Shown: piece after piece, positions 1 through 12,864 of the stretch
Layout: the number at the start of each line of letters is the position of its first letter
Numbering within the stretch: the stretch's first letter is position 1
Origin: Gracilinanus agilis
Lineage: Eukaryota
Length of the DNA stretch: 64,000 nucleotides
Reading direction: 5' to 3'
Assembly (NCBI RefSeq): GCF_016433145.1
Contig: NC_058131.1
Span: 619,825,550 to 619,889,549 of the forward strand
Notes under the pieces: generated by a model
What the model was told of the DNA's origin: nothing
The model's input: only the letters and a program-made list of their open reading frames with translations
The model's database searches: none
Position numbers and translations under genes: made by a program

Positions 1-2126
1 ATTGACTTTGCAAAGGGCTTAATATCCAATATGATAAAAGTTTTGTTTTCATAATGAAGAATTAAAGCATATATATTATATTAAGGTCTGTGAATTCAGT
101 GTCAAATTGTATAAAACAAGTGACTGCTTCAAAGGAAGGACATTGCATATTGAATTTTTAAAGTTGTAGAAAGTTGTAAGGTTTATTGTATTAAGTTTAA
201 TTATTTGCTTAGTTGATTTGCACAGTACTTTTAAGTACTTGATAAATGAACTGATTAAGTCTTGTTGAGGACAAAATTTAAGTGTCTTTAGGGAAGGACA
301 ATATCTAATGACAATGACAATATACCCCTATTAATCCTTTTTAGTCTATATTATTTAGCGTGAAGAGCATTCTTTTTGGCAAAGAAAACAATAAAAATTG
401 ATTCATTGGTGAGACCATAGTCATTTTTTTGTGTGGTGACTTATGATAACTTATTGACCATTTTCCTTATTCCTGTTATTTCATTTAAAGATCAGTGTTA
501 AGGTGACATTGTTCACCAACAGGATAACTTGATTTTGAAGTCTGGTATTTCCTGAGGGAGTATTCCACAAAACAAAAAAACCCTAATGTTTGAATTACTT
601 TTGTTGTAGGAAGAGGTATTAAATATATGTGGGGCAATGGATTGCTTTTGCTAATTTTTCTCACGGGGCTAAAAGCAAAGATGTAATTAAAATTGAGCTA
701 AGAGTTGATGATTCTGAATATTTATTTAATTATGGAATTATCTCAAGTCCCAAAAAAATTTATCATATTTAAAACAAAATTAACTTTAATTTTACATTTG
801 AAAAGAAATGTATTTCTATTTAATACCTTGTGTGTGTGTGTATGTGCAGGTGGTGATAGTAGTAGCAACAAAATAACCAGATATTGTAACTCTACTTGCA
901 AGCCTTCAAGAGGCACTTGGCTAAATTTGTTTAATACATGACTTTAGAATAGAAAAATGGGGATGACAAATGTTTTTATTGAAAGTTTTGAATAAAGTAT
1001 AGTATTCTGAGATTCTATGCAGTTAAGTTGATCGTAGTGAGAAAGAGAAGTAGTTGCTACATTTGAAATTGGATAAGATTGAAGCTAACATTTTACCCTT
1101 AAAGTTATCTCTCAGAATGGAGAGAATGCTCATTGGCAACAATTTTGGATTCTCTCTTACATAAATTGTCAGATTCATTTTCTCGCAACACCACTTAAAC
1201 ATTGTGTCTAACTGCTCAGAAACCTTCACTGGCTCTCCATTGATGGCATGACATAATCCAAACTCCCAATTTTATATATGATATTCTCTGTAGTGAGTCT
1301 CTAAACTACTTTTCTAGCCCTGTTTCTTAGTATATTGGACAAACTGGTTTCTGCAGCATCTTGGGGACATTTGTTTTATAACACTTCTTTCTCCACTTAT
1401 GCAACTCATAGCCTTTGTTTGAGGCCTTGGTTCAAAATGGTGTTTTAGGAAATTAACCTGACAGTAGTGTGTAGAAAGAATTGGGATGCAGTGAGGGCAG
1501 AGCTTGCAGGCAAAGATACTTGATAGAAGACTAGCTTTAATTTGTAGACTATGAAATGGGAAGGAGCCATCAACATCATAAAGGAGGGAATTTGATTACT
1601 GGTTGTGAGAGGAGAGAAAGTGAAAGAGAGGAATCATTGATTATTTAAGGTTTCAAATCTAGGTGATTAGACAAATGGTGATAGATACTGTTTACAGAAA
1701 TAGAGGGGATAACCAGAGTGAGTCCTTTCTGTTTGTCTTTTCTGTTAAGCAAGTTGTTAGTACAAGCTCTAGATGTCTTTGTTTTTAAATCTATAGGAGT
1801 ATATTTTGTTGTATCTTATATGAAGATTTATGTAAGATAAACATTGTAAGACTTTACTCGTGGAACTTATTTCTCCTTATATTACTCATAAATTTGTATG
1901 CACTGCTTGTCTTTGTCTTCTATTCTTTTTCTTTCCCAACAGAATATAGTTTTACCAAATTAATAACAAAAAGTACTTAGGTTAAAGTGTAGAAATTATC
2001 AAAGCTCTTACCCAGTTAAACCTAACTTGACTGGTGAAATGTGCAGGCATAAAGCTAGGTATTGTTTCAAATTGAAGAGCCAAATGAATTCTAGCATACT
2101 TTTATATATGATCTGTTTATGGATGG

Positions 2127-2350
2127 TGTCTAGGTGGTGCAGTGGATAGAGTACTGGACCTGGAGTCAGGAAAATGAGTTCAAATCTGTCTTTGAAGTTC
2201 TGTGACTGAGCAACTCATTTAACCTTTATTTGCCTCAGTTCCCTCATCTATAAAATGGGGATGATCAGGGTTATTGTAAGGATCAAATGAAATATTTGAA
2301 AAGCTACGTAAAGGGTAGCCATCATTATGATTGTTGTTCTTATTGTTATT
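2127..2350 (+). mobile_element. MIR/CORE-SINE fragment
   Basis: ggtggtgcagtggatagagtactggacctggagtcagg...gagttcaaatc...tttgcctcagttccctcatctataaaatgggg, a typical MIR head and core. Confidence 0.7.
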
Positions 2351-2355
2351 TAGCA

Positions 2356-2847
2356 CAGTGGTTCTTAAAATGTAGTCTGATTTCTGGGGATCCCTGAGAC
2401 CCATTGGCTATGACCTTTTAAGAAATCAGAGCTCTTTTTATTATAATACTAAGAATTTTTGTCTATTGAAATACTTCCTTGTCTTACTACCTATGTATGA
2501 GGCTGGATTTTCTTTAAATATATAACCCAAACCAAATATTGTTATAGATTGACTGCAGAAGCAGATATGAGAATCTAGCTGTCTTCTGTTAAGAGCCAGA
2601 CATTTAAAAGATTTGGAAAAATGTGTAAAACAGTGCTACTCTTCTCACTTAAGTTTTTCGTTTTGTTAAATACAGTTATTTTCATAAAAGTATTTTTATT
2701 AATATGTAATGGGTTTATTTTTATTATTTTAAAATGAATTAATAAATATTTTGAACATTTATCCATTTTAATTTCTAATGAAGTAAATATTGATCTATAT
2801 AAATCACATTTTAGAATGTAAAAAGAGACGAAGTCTGAGACCCACTG
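2356..2847. mobile_element. hAT-Charlie-type non-autonomous DNA transposon
   Basis: Termini cagtggttc... and ...gacccactg. Internal aagcagatatgagaatctagctgtcttctgttaagccagacatt is typical of Charlie-family elements. Flanks have TAG-centred, degenerate 8-bp target sites. Confidence 0.65.
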
Positions 2848-3378
2848 ACATAGTTTATAGCTTCTGTTTTTTTATATTTGATCTGTAAAGTTGATTCCTT
2901 AAAGTGTTACCTTTTTTCTTAATGGTATATTTCTGGGCCCTTATAATTTTTAAATGGTCCATTAACTATGATGATGATTTTGTATGCTTAATAATGAACT
3001 ATAAAAGACATCAAACAAACCCCAGATATTAATTGTTTTGTTCTTTGATATTCATAAGAAATTCTAGTAAGTCTTAGAAAAATTTTATTAGAACTTTTAC
3101 TTATGTTAAAAATAATTGTCTAAATTTAAGCCACCATCATTTTAATATACATAAAGATGAAAAAATTACACACATCTTCCTGAAATAGTCCCTTCCTCTT
3201 TTTGAAAAAGATTTTTTTTTTTGGATGACAAATTTAACTGATTAGGGTAATAGATACTCTACCAAAATTGTGCTGAAATAGTGATCTTTTTAGATAGTAC
3301 ATAAGAGATAGCAAGTGTAGATTTTTAAAAACAATTTCCACAAGAGAATGTCATCATATTTTTTCCTTTGATTTGCAG

Positions 3379-3434
3379 TGGTTGGAATTGGAAAAGGAAC
3401 AAAAATGTTGACCAGTATGTTATCAGGTTCCAAG
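3379..3434 (+). CDS. Orphan candidate internal exon (56 nt) of an unidentified gene
   Basis: Acceptor ttttcctttgatttgcag| at 3378 and donor AAG|gtaaga at 3435. Two frames are open (VGIGKGTKMLTSMLSGSK or GWNWKRNKNVDQYVIRFQ). Protein not recognised and no partner exon found with confidence. Confidence 0.45.
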
Positions 3435-5662
3435 GTAAGAATGATGAATTTTATTAGTTTCTAACTACACTTTAATTATTTGTATTTGTAATCTTTGATT
3501 AAAAATATATTGTCTCTTTTAGACATTCTGGACAGAAAATGAATGATTGCATCCTTGAAAAAGCATTTTTGATTACTTATTTAAAGCATCATAATTAAAG
3601 ACCCAATTAGATAAATGAGAAAAAGACTTGTCCTCAAGAAGTTCTCATTTTAATAGTAGGAGGGTTGCTACAAGGCATATGGGAAGGTCCAGTGGTCCTT
3701 ATGATGCTGGGAGGCAAGGCAGATAATAAGGACCAGAGTCCTTAGGGTACAGTGGGTCAGGCAGATGGTCTGAAGAGCAATGTGCATGTGTATGGTTATA
3801 ATAAAATAGAGCTTCCTATTTCTGATAAACTATTTGATTGGAGTTTGGTGAAATCTTTGTTTTATCTTTAAATATATTAAAGATAATATATTCATTTCAT
3901 CAATAGTCATTAGAATATAATTTTCTAAATAATTTGGATAGATAATAAAATTTCATTTCTTTTGTAAATATATTTTAATTCAGGGATAATTAACCTGGAA
4001 TTTGTGAAATTAAAAAAAAATGATAACTATTTTAGTATAATTGGTTTCCTTTTTGATCCCGACTTGATTTTGTTTTATGAATTTAAAAACATTATTCTCA
4101 GATGGGGGTCATCAGACCAAAGAATCACAAAAAAAAGTTAGTAACCACCTCTGCCTTAGTACAATCCTCTAATTGGAGAAAATATTATTTACAGTATCAC
4201 AAATTAAGTATAATAGATTAGTAAAACACTTTAAAAAAATACTTGGTTTTCATCTTGAGTTCTTTAATTGGGGGTTGTTGGGTGAATAGAGAGGGGGGAG
4301 GCTGAGGCCCATGCAGTCATTTCATAACTACTACCTAAGATGAATGGCCTTTGAAAGTTTAGGGATTTAGGAACTGTGGAATTGCTAATAGTGCTAATAC
4401 TAATCAAGTTATTAGCATTTTTAAAGGACAAATATAAGAGGTAAAAATACTTGAAAGCCAACCTAAATGAATAATAAAGTATGGCAATTACTACACTTGC
4501 CTCACAACCAACTGATTTATTCTCTCACCCTCTGCTTATATATACATAGCTCTTTCATTCTTGTGGAGTGGTGTGTTTACTTGTTTCTTCCTTTCTCCAT
4601 GCCCTCTCCCCTAATTTACTAAGTTAAATTAAAATTTAAAAAAAATGTTAATTGTATTTATTAAATAAAATTTTGTATTCTTTGACAGTCTAGGCTTTCT
4701 GTAATCTGCTTTTTTTCCTCTTAATACAATGTACTGCTTCAGCCAAACTCTGCATATATAAGCTATGCATTTTCATGCCTCACTGCCTCCTTTGCATAGT
4801 CTCTTTCTTAAAAATGAAATATATTCTCTGTTTTTCTATTGAATTTCTTTCCACCCTTTAAAAAGCACAGCTCAAATGACAACTTTTCCAGGAAACTTAC
4901 TTATTACCCTGATCTTTTTGATCAGTAAGGACCCTTGATACCTATTATTTCCTCCCTGTCTCAGATCTCAAGTAACATTTGTTTTTACTATGCACTTATC
5001 ATATAATGTTGTCTACATTAACTTTGTTAACTTTAAAGAAATATGTAGGTATGAGCTGTTCTTATTTTATTGTATCTGGACACTATAATAGCTCCAAGAA
5101 TGTAAAAACTGGCTTATTTTAGCTTTGTGTCTCTACCAAGTAGATTGCTTAATTTTTGCTACTGTTTTTTGTAAATTAAAAAAATCAGTTGTTTAACATT
5201 TTACATGCTCTTTTACCAAAGAATTTAAAAAACAACCCCTTTTTTAACTTCCAATATAGATACCACTATTTTTTTTTTATCAGTAGCAGATGGTGGTTGA
5301 TTTCCCTTGTAACTACATTTCCCATGTAACTACAACTGCTGATTTTACTTGAAGAGAATAATTTCATAGATGCAGACTTCCCAAAATAAGTACACTTATA
5401 TCTTGACAGTCTAAGAATGATTTGAAAGCAGCACAAAATGAAGTCCTAGCATTTTATCAGAGCCTCTAGGTTTTGCTAGAAGTATATCTGTGTATTAAGA
5501 CCAAGTAGGGCAAAGGACAAATCATGTATATTGTAAACTAGAAGCATATGTTAGTATTTCTCTTAGTTTGGATTTCTTAGATATAGATGAACTTTAAAAA
5601 GTAAGAGCCAGCATCTACCACATACCCTCAAGGAACCTTACATTCTATTAGAGATCTATAGT

Positions 5663-5857
5663 CTTTATTATTATTTTTTTTAAACCCTTAACTTGTGTGT
5701 ATTGGCTCATAAGTGGAAGAGTGGTAAGAGTGGGCAATGAGGGTCAAATGACTTGCCCAGGGTCACCCAGCTGGGAAGTGTCTGAGGCCGAATTTGAACC
5801 TAGGACTTCCCGTCTCTAGGCCTGACTCTCAATTCACTGAACTACCCAGCTGCCCCC
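5663..5857 (-). mobile_element. Opossum SINE (SINE1_Mdo-like) with 12-bp TSD
   Basis: Reverse complement of the ggggcagctgggtag... head. Perfect TSD gagatctatagt at 5651-5662 and 5858-5869. Confidence 0.9.
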
Positions 5858-5914
5858 GAGATCTATAGTGTTTAGCAATGAGAATGCCACAATTTATTGG
5901 TAGAGAGTTCCTAG

Positions 5915-6045
5915 NNNNNNNNNNNNNNNNNNNNNNNNNNNNNNNNNNNNNNNNNNNNNNNNNNNNNNNNNNNNNNNNNNNNNNNNNNNNNNNNNNNNNN
6001 NNNNNNNNNNNNNNNNNNNNNNNNNNNNNNNNNNNNNNNNNNNNN
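5915..6045. other. Sized assembly gap (131 N)
   Basis: N run. Confidence 0.99.
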
Positions 6046-6607
6046 GCATATTCAGGATTTAGTGGCATGGTGACTTAGTGTATGGATGACTAGCTGTGGG
6101 ATCAAGAAACTATAGTTCATGATCTGCCCTTGAAAGGTAATAACTGTGTGACCATGGTCATTTAACCTCTCACTACTCCCAAACACTACTCTTGTTGCCA
6201 TTGTACTTTGGAGGGAGTTTTTGCTACCCGTTGGGAATTCCCCAACTAAATAAAATCATGTCATTAAAAAAAAAAACAGCTGCCCACAACAAATAAGAGT
6301 GCTAATATATGATAAAAAAATTTCCTTCCTATGAACTTCAGAAAATGTACATCCTAAGTAGTCAACAGAGCAAGCTGGATTAATTAGCTAATGAGATAAT
6401 GTGTATAAAGATACATAGTTGTATAAAGGTTAACTATTGATATAAACTATTATTGTCAACTATTTAAATTCCTCTGAACTAGAGAACTTGTGAAAGGAAA
6501 GAAGGAACAGTCTGGTACCTTTTGAAGGGAAAGATGACTAGTGAAGGAGAGGGTATGAAAATATTGACTCCATTTCCTTCCTTTCCCACTCCACATATAG
6601 TCTAGAA

Positions 6608-6810
6608 CAGTGATGGACAAACTTTTTAAAGAGGGGGCCAAAGGAAGGAAATGCTCATCTCTCAGTCTGTATCTAAGGCAATTCTTTCGAAGTTTCATTG
6701 TATTGTATCCTACTCATTGTATTCATCAGATTAGGAATAATGTCCCATGGCTGGACAGAGCATTTCAGGGGGCCGCATCTGGCCAGCAGGCCATAGTTTA
6801 CCCATCACTG
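6608..6810. mobile_element. hAT MITE (~200 bp)
   Basis: TIRs cagtgatggacaaact / agtttacccatcactg. 8-bp TSD gtctagaa (6600-6607) / gtttagaa (6811-6818), matching the NTCTAGAN Charlie target preference. Confidence 0.85.
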
Positions 6811-7183
6811 GTTTAGAAGATCACAAGGTATAACTGGATTTGAAAATGTTAGTTAATATGAAATGATTTTATTTCCATTTAAACTCTGGCAAAGTTAAGA
6901 GATGAATATTGGATATCCTTAAAAATGAAGTTCTGAAGACATGAAGAAAAACAGTTTTTTTTTAACTTGCATTTTAAATATTTTTCCAAATATATGTAAA
7001 AGCAATTTTTAACATTTATTTTTAAAATTTTTGAGTTCTAAATTCTTTCTCCATCCCCTTCTTGGGAAGGCAAGCAATTTTATATGTTTTATATGTGCAG
7101 TCTTGCAAAACATTTCCATATTAGTTATGTTATGAAAGAAAATACAGATACCCCCCAAAAAATCTTAAGAAAAATAAAGTTTA

Positions 7184-7375
7184 GGGGGCAGCTGGGTAGC
7201 TCAGTGGATTGAGAGCCAGGCCTAGAGACGGGAGGTCCTAGGTTCAAATCTGGCCTCAGACACTTGCCAACTGTGTGATCCTGGGCAAGTCACTTGACCC
7301 CCATTGCCCACCCTTACCACTCTTCCACCTAGGAGCCAATACACAGAAGTTAAGGGTTTAAAAAAAATGAAAAAA
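7184..7375 (+). mobile_element. Opossum SINE (SINE1_Mdo-like) with 17-bp TSD
   Basis: Full head ggggcagctgggtagctcagtggattgagagcc and A-rich tail. Perfect TSD aagaaaaataaagttta at 7167-7183 and 7376-7392. Confidence 0.92.
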
Positions 7376-8535
7376 AAGAAAAATAAAGTTTAAAAGAAAG
7401 TTTGCTTTGATTTTGATTTGCATTCATACTCTATCAGTTCTTTATTGATGAATAACCATTTTCATCATAAGGCCTTCAGAATTGTCTTAGATCACTGTAT
7501 TGCTGAGAATACTTGTTATTTACAGTTGATCATTGTACAATATTGCTGCTACTGTGTACAATGTTCTGGTTCTGCTCACTTCATTTTGCATCATTTCATT
7601 TAAGCCTTTCTAGATTTAAAAAAAAACCAGTTCTGAGTGGCAAAAAGGGGAGGCTTTGATGGGGGTACATAGAGAACTGATTGAGCAAACAGATTTTTTA
7701 TCAGTGAATATTTGTACCTCTTTTTCTCTATGTTCATTTCTACCTTTTAATGAATACTACTCTGATTCAGTTCTGATCCTGAGAAGAATTGACTAGGTTT
7801 CCTGACTTAAGCATCAAAGTCTTTGATTTTCTTTTGATTTCCTGCCCCTCCCCCCCAACCTCTTTATCAAATCTAATTTATGGAACTCATCTGAGTTAAA
7901 CAATGGCAATTGCTTTCCCATGAGACTAGAGTTTGTTTAGAGCTGACTGGCTACCTGTAGTTTCAGTCTTTGCTTTGTTGACCTTGATCTTGACATCTTT
8001 CCAAGACCCCTTTGCCTATTTATGATTGAGGAAAAGCTTATGATTATAGGATTCAGCCTCAAGTCTGCCAATGAGTTAATACTACCCCTTCTCATAAGAA
8101 ACCTTTAAAGTGGAGTATAAGCTCTTCCTATGTCACTTTTTAGAAACATAAAACAGATTTTGGGGTCCTTTCACTGTCCTTTGTGTCCCTGGGTCCTACT
8201 ACTACTAATATTCTTCAAGAGAATCAGAAGATTCCTGATTCCATCATATTAATTTTTTGAAAGATATTTGAGGGGTGGGGAGAGATTGGAGACATCTCTT
8301 CTGTCCTAGAGAAGTCATAGCTTATCTTTGGGCATCAGATTATCCTCCCCCCAACTTTTAAATATCCACTTCCCTAAACTATAGTATATTAAAAGCATCT
8401 CCACCATCAACTACAGTAATAGAAGTCTGGAGGGGGACACCAAAGTTCACAGACCTTACTGGAAGTTCACTAGGCCCCTTTACTAGGCTTGTTGTCAATT
8501 GGGTTTGGGGGTACTAGCCTTCAGTTGTATACATT

Positions 8536-8735
8536 TTCTTTTTTTTTTTCCTTGAACCCTTACCTTCCATCTTGGAATCAATACTCTGTATTAGTTCCAA
8601 GGCAGAAGAGTGGTAAGGGTACGGTTAGGGTTAGGGTTGCCCAGGGTCACACAGCAGGTAAATATCTGAGGTCAGATTTGAACCTAGGACCTCCCATCCC
8701 TAGGCCTGGTTCTCAATCTACTGAGCCATTCAGCT
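8536..8735 (-). mobile_element. Opossum SINE, more diverged copy
   Basis: cccttaccttccatcttggaatcaatactctgtattagttccaaggcagaagagtggtaaggg...gatttgaacctaggacctcc. Confidence 0.8.
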
Positions 8736-9288
8736 ACATTATCAGGGCAAAGAAATGTATTATGTATTTCTTATACAAAGAAATACAAAGAAATATCAAA
8801 AAGTTTCAAAAAATGTGAATCATGTTATTTTGTATCACTAATAGTAGCCATTTAAAGATACTTTTAAGATTTTCCTTGGAGATTTTATTTAAAGTGCTAG
8901 TCCTTTCTTGTCATTTGCCACAGACAAGATCCTGTTCCTGCCTTAGATTTTTCAGAGGTCTTCCCTCCTGTCTCTAATGTACCCCCTTCTTCTATGCCTA
9001 AAGCAGAGTCCAGCTGCAACCTATGTGGTTTCACAAATCCTCTCCCTTTCTTTAAATTGTGAGTCCTCATTCTCTCTTGAAATTCTTTGTTATACTTTGT
9101 ATTTAATTACCTGTGTATGTATTCCTTCCTTCCCCTATTTCTTTCCCACATAATCTACTTTCCTTGAGGTCTTGGACTACTTTATATTCCCAGCTCTTAG
9201 CATAGTGCTTTGTATATAATAAATACTTAATGATTATTGAAATGAAGAGTTCCACCACTGGTCTAAGACAAACTACGGCCTGTGGGCC

Positions 9289-9788
9289 NNNNNNNNNNNN
9301 NNNNNNNNNNNNNNNNNNNNNNNNNNNNNNNNNNNNNNNNNNNNNNNNNNNNNNNNNNNNNNNNNNNNNNNNNNNNNNNNNNNNNNNNNNNNNNNNNNNN
9401 NNNNNNNNNNNNNNNNNNNNNNNNNNNNNNNNNNNNNNNNNNNNNNNNNNNNNNNNNNNNNNNNNNNNNNNNNNNNNNNNNNNNNNNNNNNNNNNNNNNN
9501 NNNNNNNNNNNNNNNNNNNNNNNNNNNNNNNNNNNNNNNNNNNNNNNNNNNNNNNNNNNNNNNNNNNNNNNNNNNNNNNNNNNNNNNNNNNNNNNNNNNN
9601 NNNNNNNNNNNNNNNNNNNNNNNNNNNNNNNNNNNNNNNNNNNNNNNNNNNNNNNNNNNNNNNNNNNNNNNNNNNNNNNNNNNNNNNNNNNNNNNNNNNN
9701 NNNNNNNNNNNNNNNNNNNNNNNNNNNNNNNNNNNNNNNNNNNNNNNNNNNNNNNNNNNNNNNNNNNNNNNNNNNNNNNNNNNNNNNN
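9289..9788. other. Fixed-size 500-N scaffold gap
   Basis: Exactly 500 N. Left flank ends in a hAT-like terminus (aaactacggcctgtgggcc) and right flank starts in (GA)n. Confidence 0.99.
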
Positions 9789-9812
9789 GAGAGAGAGAGA
9801 GAGAGAGAGAGA
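9789..9812. repeat. (GA)n microsatellite at contig edge
   Basis: gagagaga... directly after the gap. Confidence 0.95.
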
Positions 9813-11415
9813 GAAGGGGTAGAGGGGAGAATGTCACACAGTAGAAGCAATATGTAGGTTCAGGCCCCAGTGACACCTTGTTCCTCCAGGCCTCTGTTCC
9901 GAATAGCAGCTTCCCTGTTCCTATGAGTTTCAGGATGTCTCCTTTTGTAAAGCAGTGAAATTTAAGATGCCAGTTGTTCGAAAGCTTGGGAGCTCAAGGC
10001 CAGAACAAATCAGACTCGGTGGCCCCTTATCCCATCTGAAGAAGCCGGGGAATTCGGTTCCGAGGCAAACCCAAATGATTGAAAACATGCCTGGGGCCCC
10101 TCTGCTCTTGGCTCTCCAGACTGACTAAGGCAGGATCCATCCAGAAAGTGCGTCCATAGCCTGTAAAGCTGGGACAGGCTCTGGCGAAATGAAGACCATA
10201 AACGTTCTCTCACCTCCTGTTGTTCTCACCATTAGCATCATCGACAGGGACATCGCAGTCTGAGTCTCTGATCTAAACTCAGGTTGGGTGTAGGAGCGGG
10301 GGCTATCTGGCCAATCCTTCGGCAAAGTGGGCCGGGATGGCAGCCGCTGGGGCTATCAGTCGCCTCGGCTTTAGGCTTTCTCCCTGCCTCCTCCAGCCTA
10401 GCCCCATCGAGACCAGTCCCCTAGCCCTCTCTCCCGCATTTTCATATTCCCCAAAAGTCTCCCATTAAAAAGCTGAGCGGGAACAAGGGTGAGTTTAATT
10501 TGCTTTTAGTTTGCTAATTGAGGGGGAGGATGGTTCATTTCTCCACGCTGCTCTCCAAAGGGAGCCCGTTTGTCGAGATCGGGGGGTTGACACCAAGACA
10601 AAAGACTCCAACCAGCGTCGGAATCAGGCCGGACAAAGACCACCTTAAATACAGCTTTCTAGGGGGAAATAAGCCGGAGCTGTGCCTTGTTCCGAGAACC
10701 TCATAAAAGTGGAGATCCCCTGTTCTGTTTTGTCCAGGGGACATTTTAAAACAAAAAGTCTCAACCTCTTATCGTCTCAAAAAAAAAAAAAAGTGTTACA
10801 ACTTAATCCGCCCAGAAAACGTTACTGTTTACGAGAACTTTGAACCAGCCTAGTGTTTCTATAGTACAGTACAGCTTACTGTAGTTGGCCCCCGCCCCCT
10901 GCACAGGCCCAACCCCCAGCCCCTGTCCCAGCCCGGACAGCACCTAGGCCCCCCAGGCCCAAGCTCTAAGAAGGCAGGGAGGGGGGGAAGAGGTGGGGGG
11001 AGAGACCGAGCAGCTCTCTCTCTCTCCATTAACAAAATGGGGGAGGGGGGAAATGATATAAACAGCAGAAACCCCCAACAGCCGCCACAGTTGGGGCGAG
11101 AAACTACTCAAATGGCCCCACTCTGGCGGATGGTGTCCTTCCACCTGGCATCCGGGTCCCTAATAGGTAACACGTCTCCACAGATGTGAGCACCCGAAAG
11201 GGCTATACAATGTGCAGAGAAGTGTCAGGGCAGAAAGAGCACGGGGCAGGTGGGACAGGAGGAGGGAGGCCGATCGTTGCTCCTTTACCCACCTCGAACT
11301 AAAAAAACCTCAAAGGTAAACTAAGCTATCGAACTCAAACAAGAAGCAACTTCCACTTCTTGGCCCATCACTCTTAAATTTGTGTGGATGCCTAGGCCAC
11401 CTCAAACAGCTCTTT

Positions 11416-11420
<5 letters not shown>

Positions 11421-11466
<46 letters not shown>
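11421..11466. repeat. (CT)n microsatellite in EMX2 intron 2
   Basis: About 22 CT units with one interruption. Confidence 0.95.
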
Positions 11467-12679
11467 CTTTCCTTCCTCCCCAAGGCTACGGTCTCCACCC
11501 AGTCTCCTCTCAGAAAGGGGGATGCTCTCTCCTCACACTCAAGAGGGTCTGTTCCCATCTGTCCCAAAGCCACCCTACGAGAGCCATCTCTCTCTCTCCT
11601 GCCCCTTCCCGGACAGATTGTCCCACACTCGCCACTACCACCGGCTCTACCGGGGTAGGCAAAGCTTGCTTCTGCAGACTGCGTGGAGCAATGTCTGTGC
11701 TGTAGATACATGCCATGAAGGGCTCCAGACAGGAGTTGAAAACCCATTTGTTAGGCTGCCTCCTACAAACACAACCTCTGGTTACCCAGACAAACCAAAC
11801 ACTCGTCTGTGGCCCATTCTCCTCTATCTCCAGTCAGCCCCTTCCTTCGAGCAGCCGCCTTGCCTTCTTACCAGCTTTCCAGGGACTGGTAGAGCTAGGG
11901 TACTGTGGGGAGGAGGAGGTTGGGGAGGGGAGACTCCACACTCTGCCCAAGTTACTAAATTCAAAATAAATAAACAAACAAATAAACAAATAAATAAATA
12001 AAAGGCGAAATCCTCTCTAGCCGATCTCTGTGGAATCCAAGGCTCACTTCGACGCCCCGCAAACCACGAAAGACACTAATTTTACCTAATGGATCGAAAT
12101 CAATCCAGGCCCGATCTCCCTGAGCCTCAAACACACAAACACAACAAAACCCAAAACAAACAACAACCAAAAAAAAAGGTCAAAATCGAGAAGTTTTTGA
12201 CCCGAGATGTCAGTTCAGATTGTCCAAACTCCAAGCTGCCTCAAAGCGAACATTCCGCTCATCCCGAGTCTGGACTTCATTTTCCTTCTCAGGAAAATGA
12301 GGGGGTTGAACTAAAAGATCTCGGAGATTCCACATCCCTGCAAGCCAGGCTCAGCACACCTCCCACGCTACCCAGTCGGAATTCCACCGAGATTCCTTGA
12401 TGTCCCCCTCTGTGCCGGCTCTTTCTCTGGCGACTTTGGAGTAGCCTGCTTTATTCAGAGGATGTGGCCTCACTTAGTGCAGTTGGGCCATTTGAGACAA
12501 CAGAAACCCTTAGAAATACCTGGGGGCAGGCGACCATAGCAGGTCTGCCTCTTCTCTTCTTGGGCCCCCATGCCAGTCTTCCCGACGCAGGCCTGTGACC
12601 CAGGGATTGCCTGAGCAGCACGGATACACTACCTCCGTGACAAGTGGGACGTTATGCCCCTCCGAGCATCTTGTCTTAC

Positions 12680-12864
12680 CTGAGTTTCCGTGAGGCTGAG
12701 ACTGTGGGCCAGCTGTTTCCTTTCTGCTCCCACCACGTAGTGATTCTTCTCAAAGGCATGTTCCAGTCTCAATAATTGGGACGGGGAGAAGGCTGTTCGG
12801 ATCCGCTTGGGCTTTCGGGCCAGGGCGTTGTGCAAAAGGAAGCTTTCCGGGCTCGTTTCATTTC
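12680..12864 (-). CDS. EMX2: EMX2 exon 2 (homeodomain helices 1-2 and start of helix 3)
   Basis: 185-nt exon, tctcag|GAAAT acceptor and CAG|gtaaga donor. Encodes [61 protein letters not shown]. Confidence 0.97.

Noticed and set aside
610-941. Possible exons after ag acceptors at 609 and 849
   Set aside because: Frames hit stops or lack a convincing donor, and the peptides are not recognisable.
1943-1980. Strong acceptor (cccaacag) followed by EYSFTKLITK
   Set aside because: Only a weak donor or an in-frame stop follows, so no exon can be supported.
7184-7260. tRNA-like A/B boxes (tagctcagtgg ... ggttcaaatc)
   Set aside because: These are heads of tRNA-derived SINEs with tails and TSDs, not tRNA genes.
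9103-9876. Long ORFs (191-257 aa) in the ORF track
   Set aside because: They consist of X residues read through the 500-N gap. The same applies to 25081-25960 and 56547-57305.
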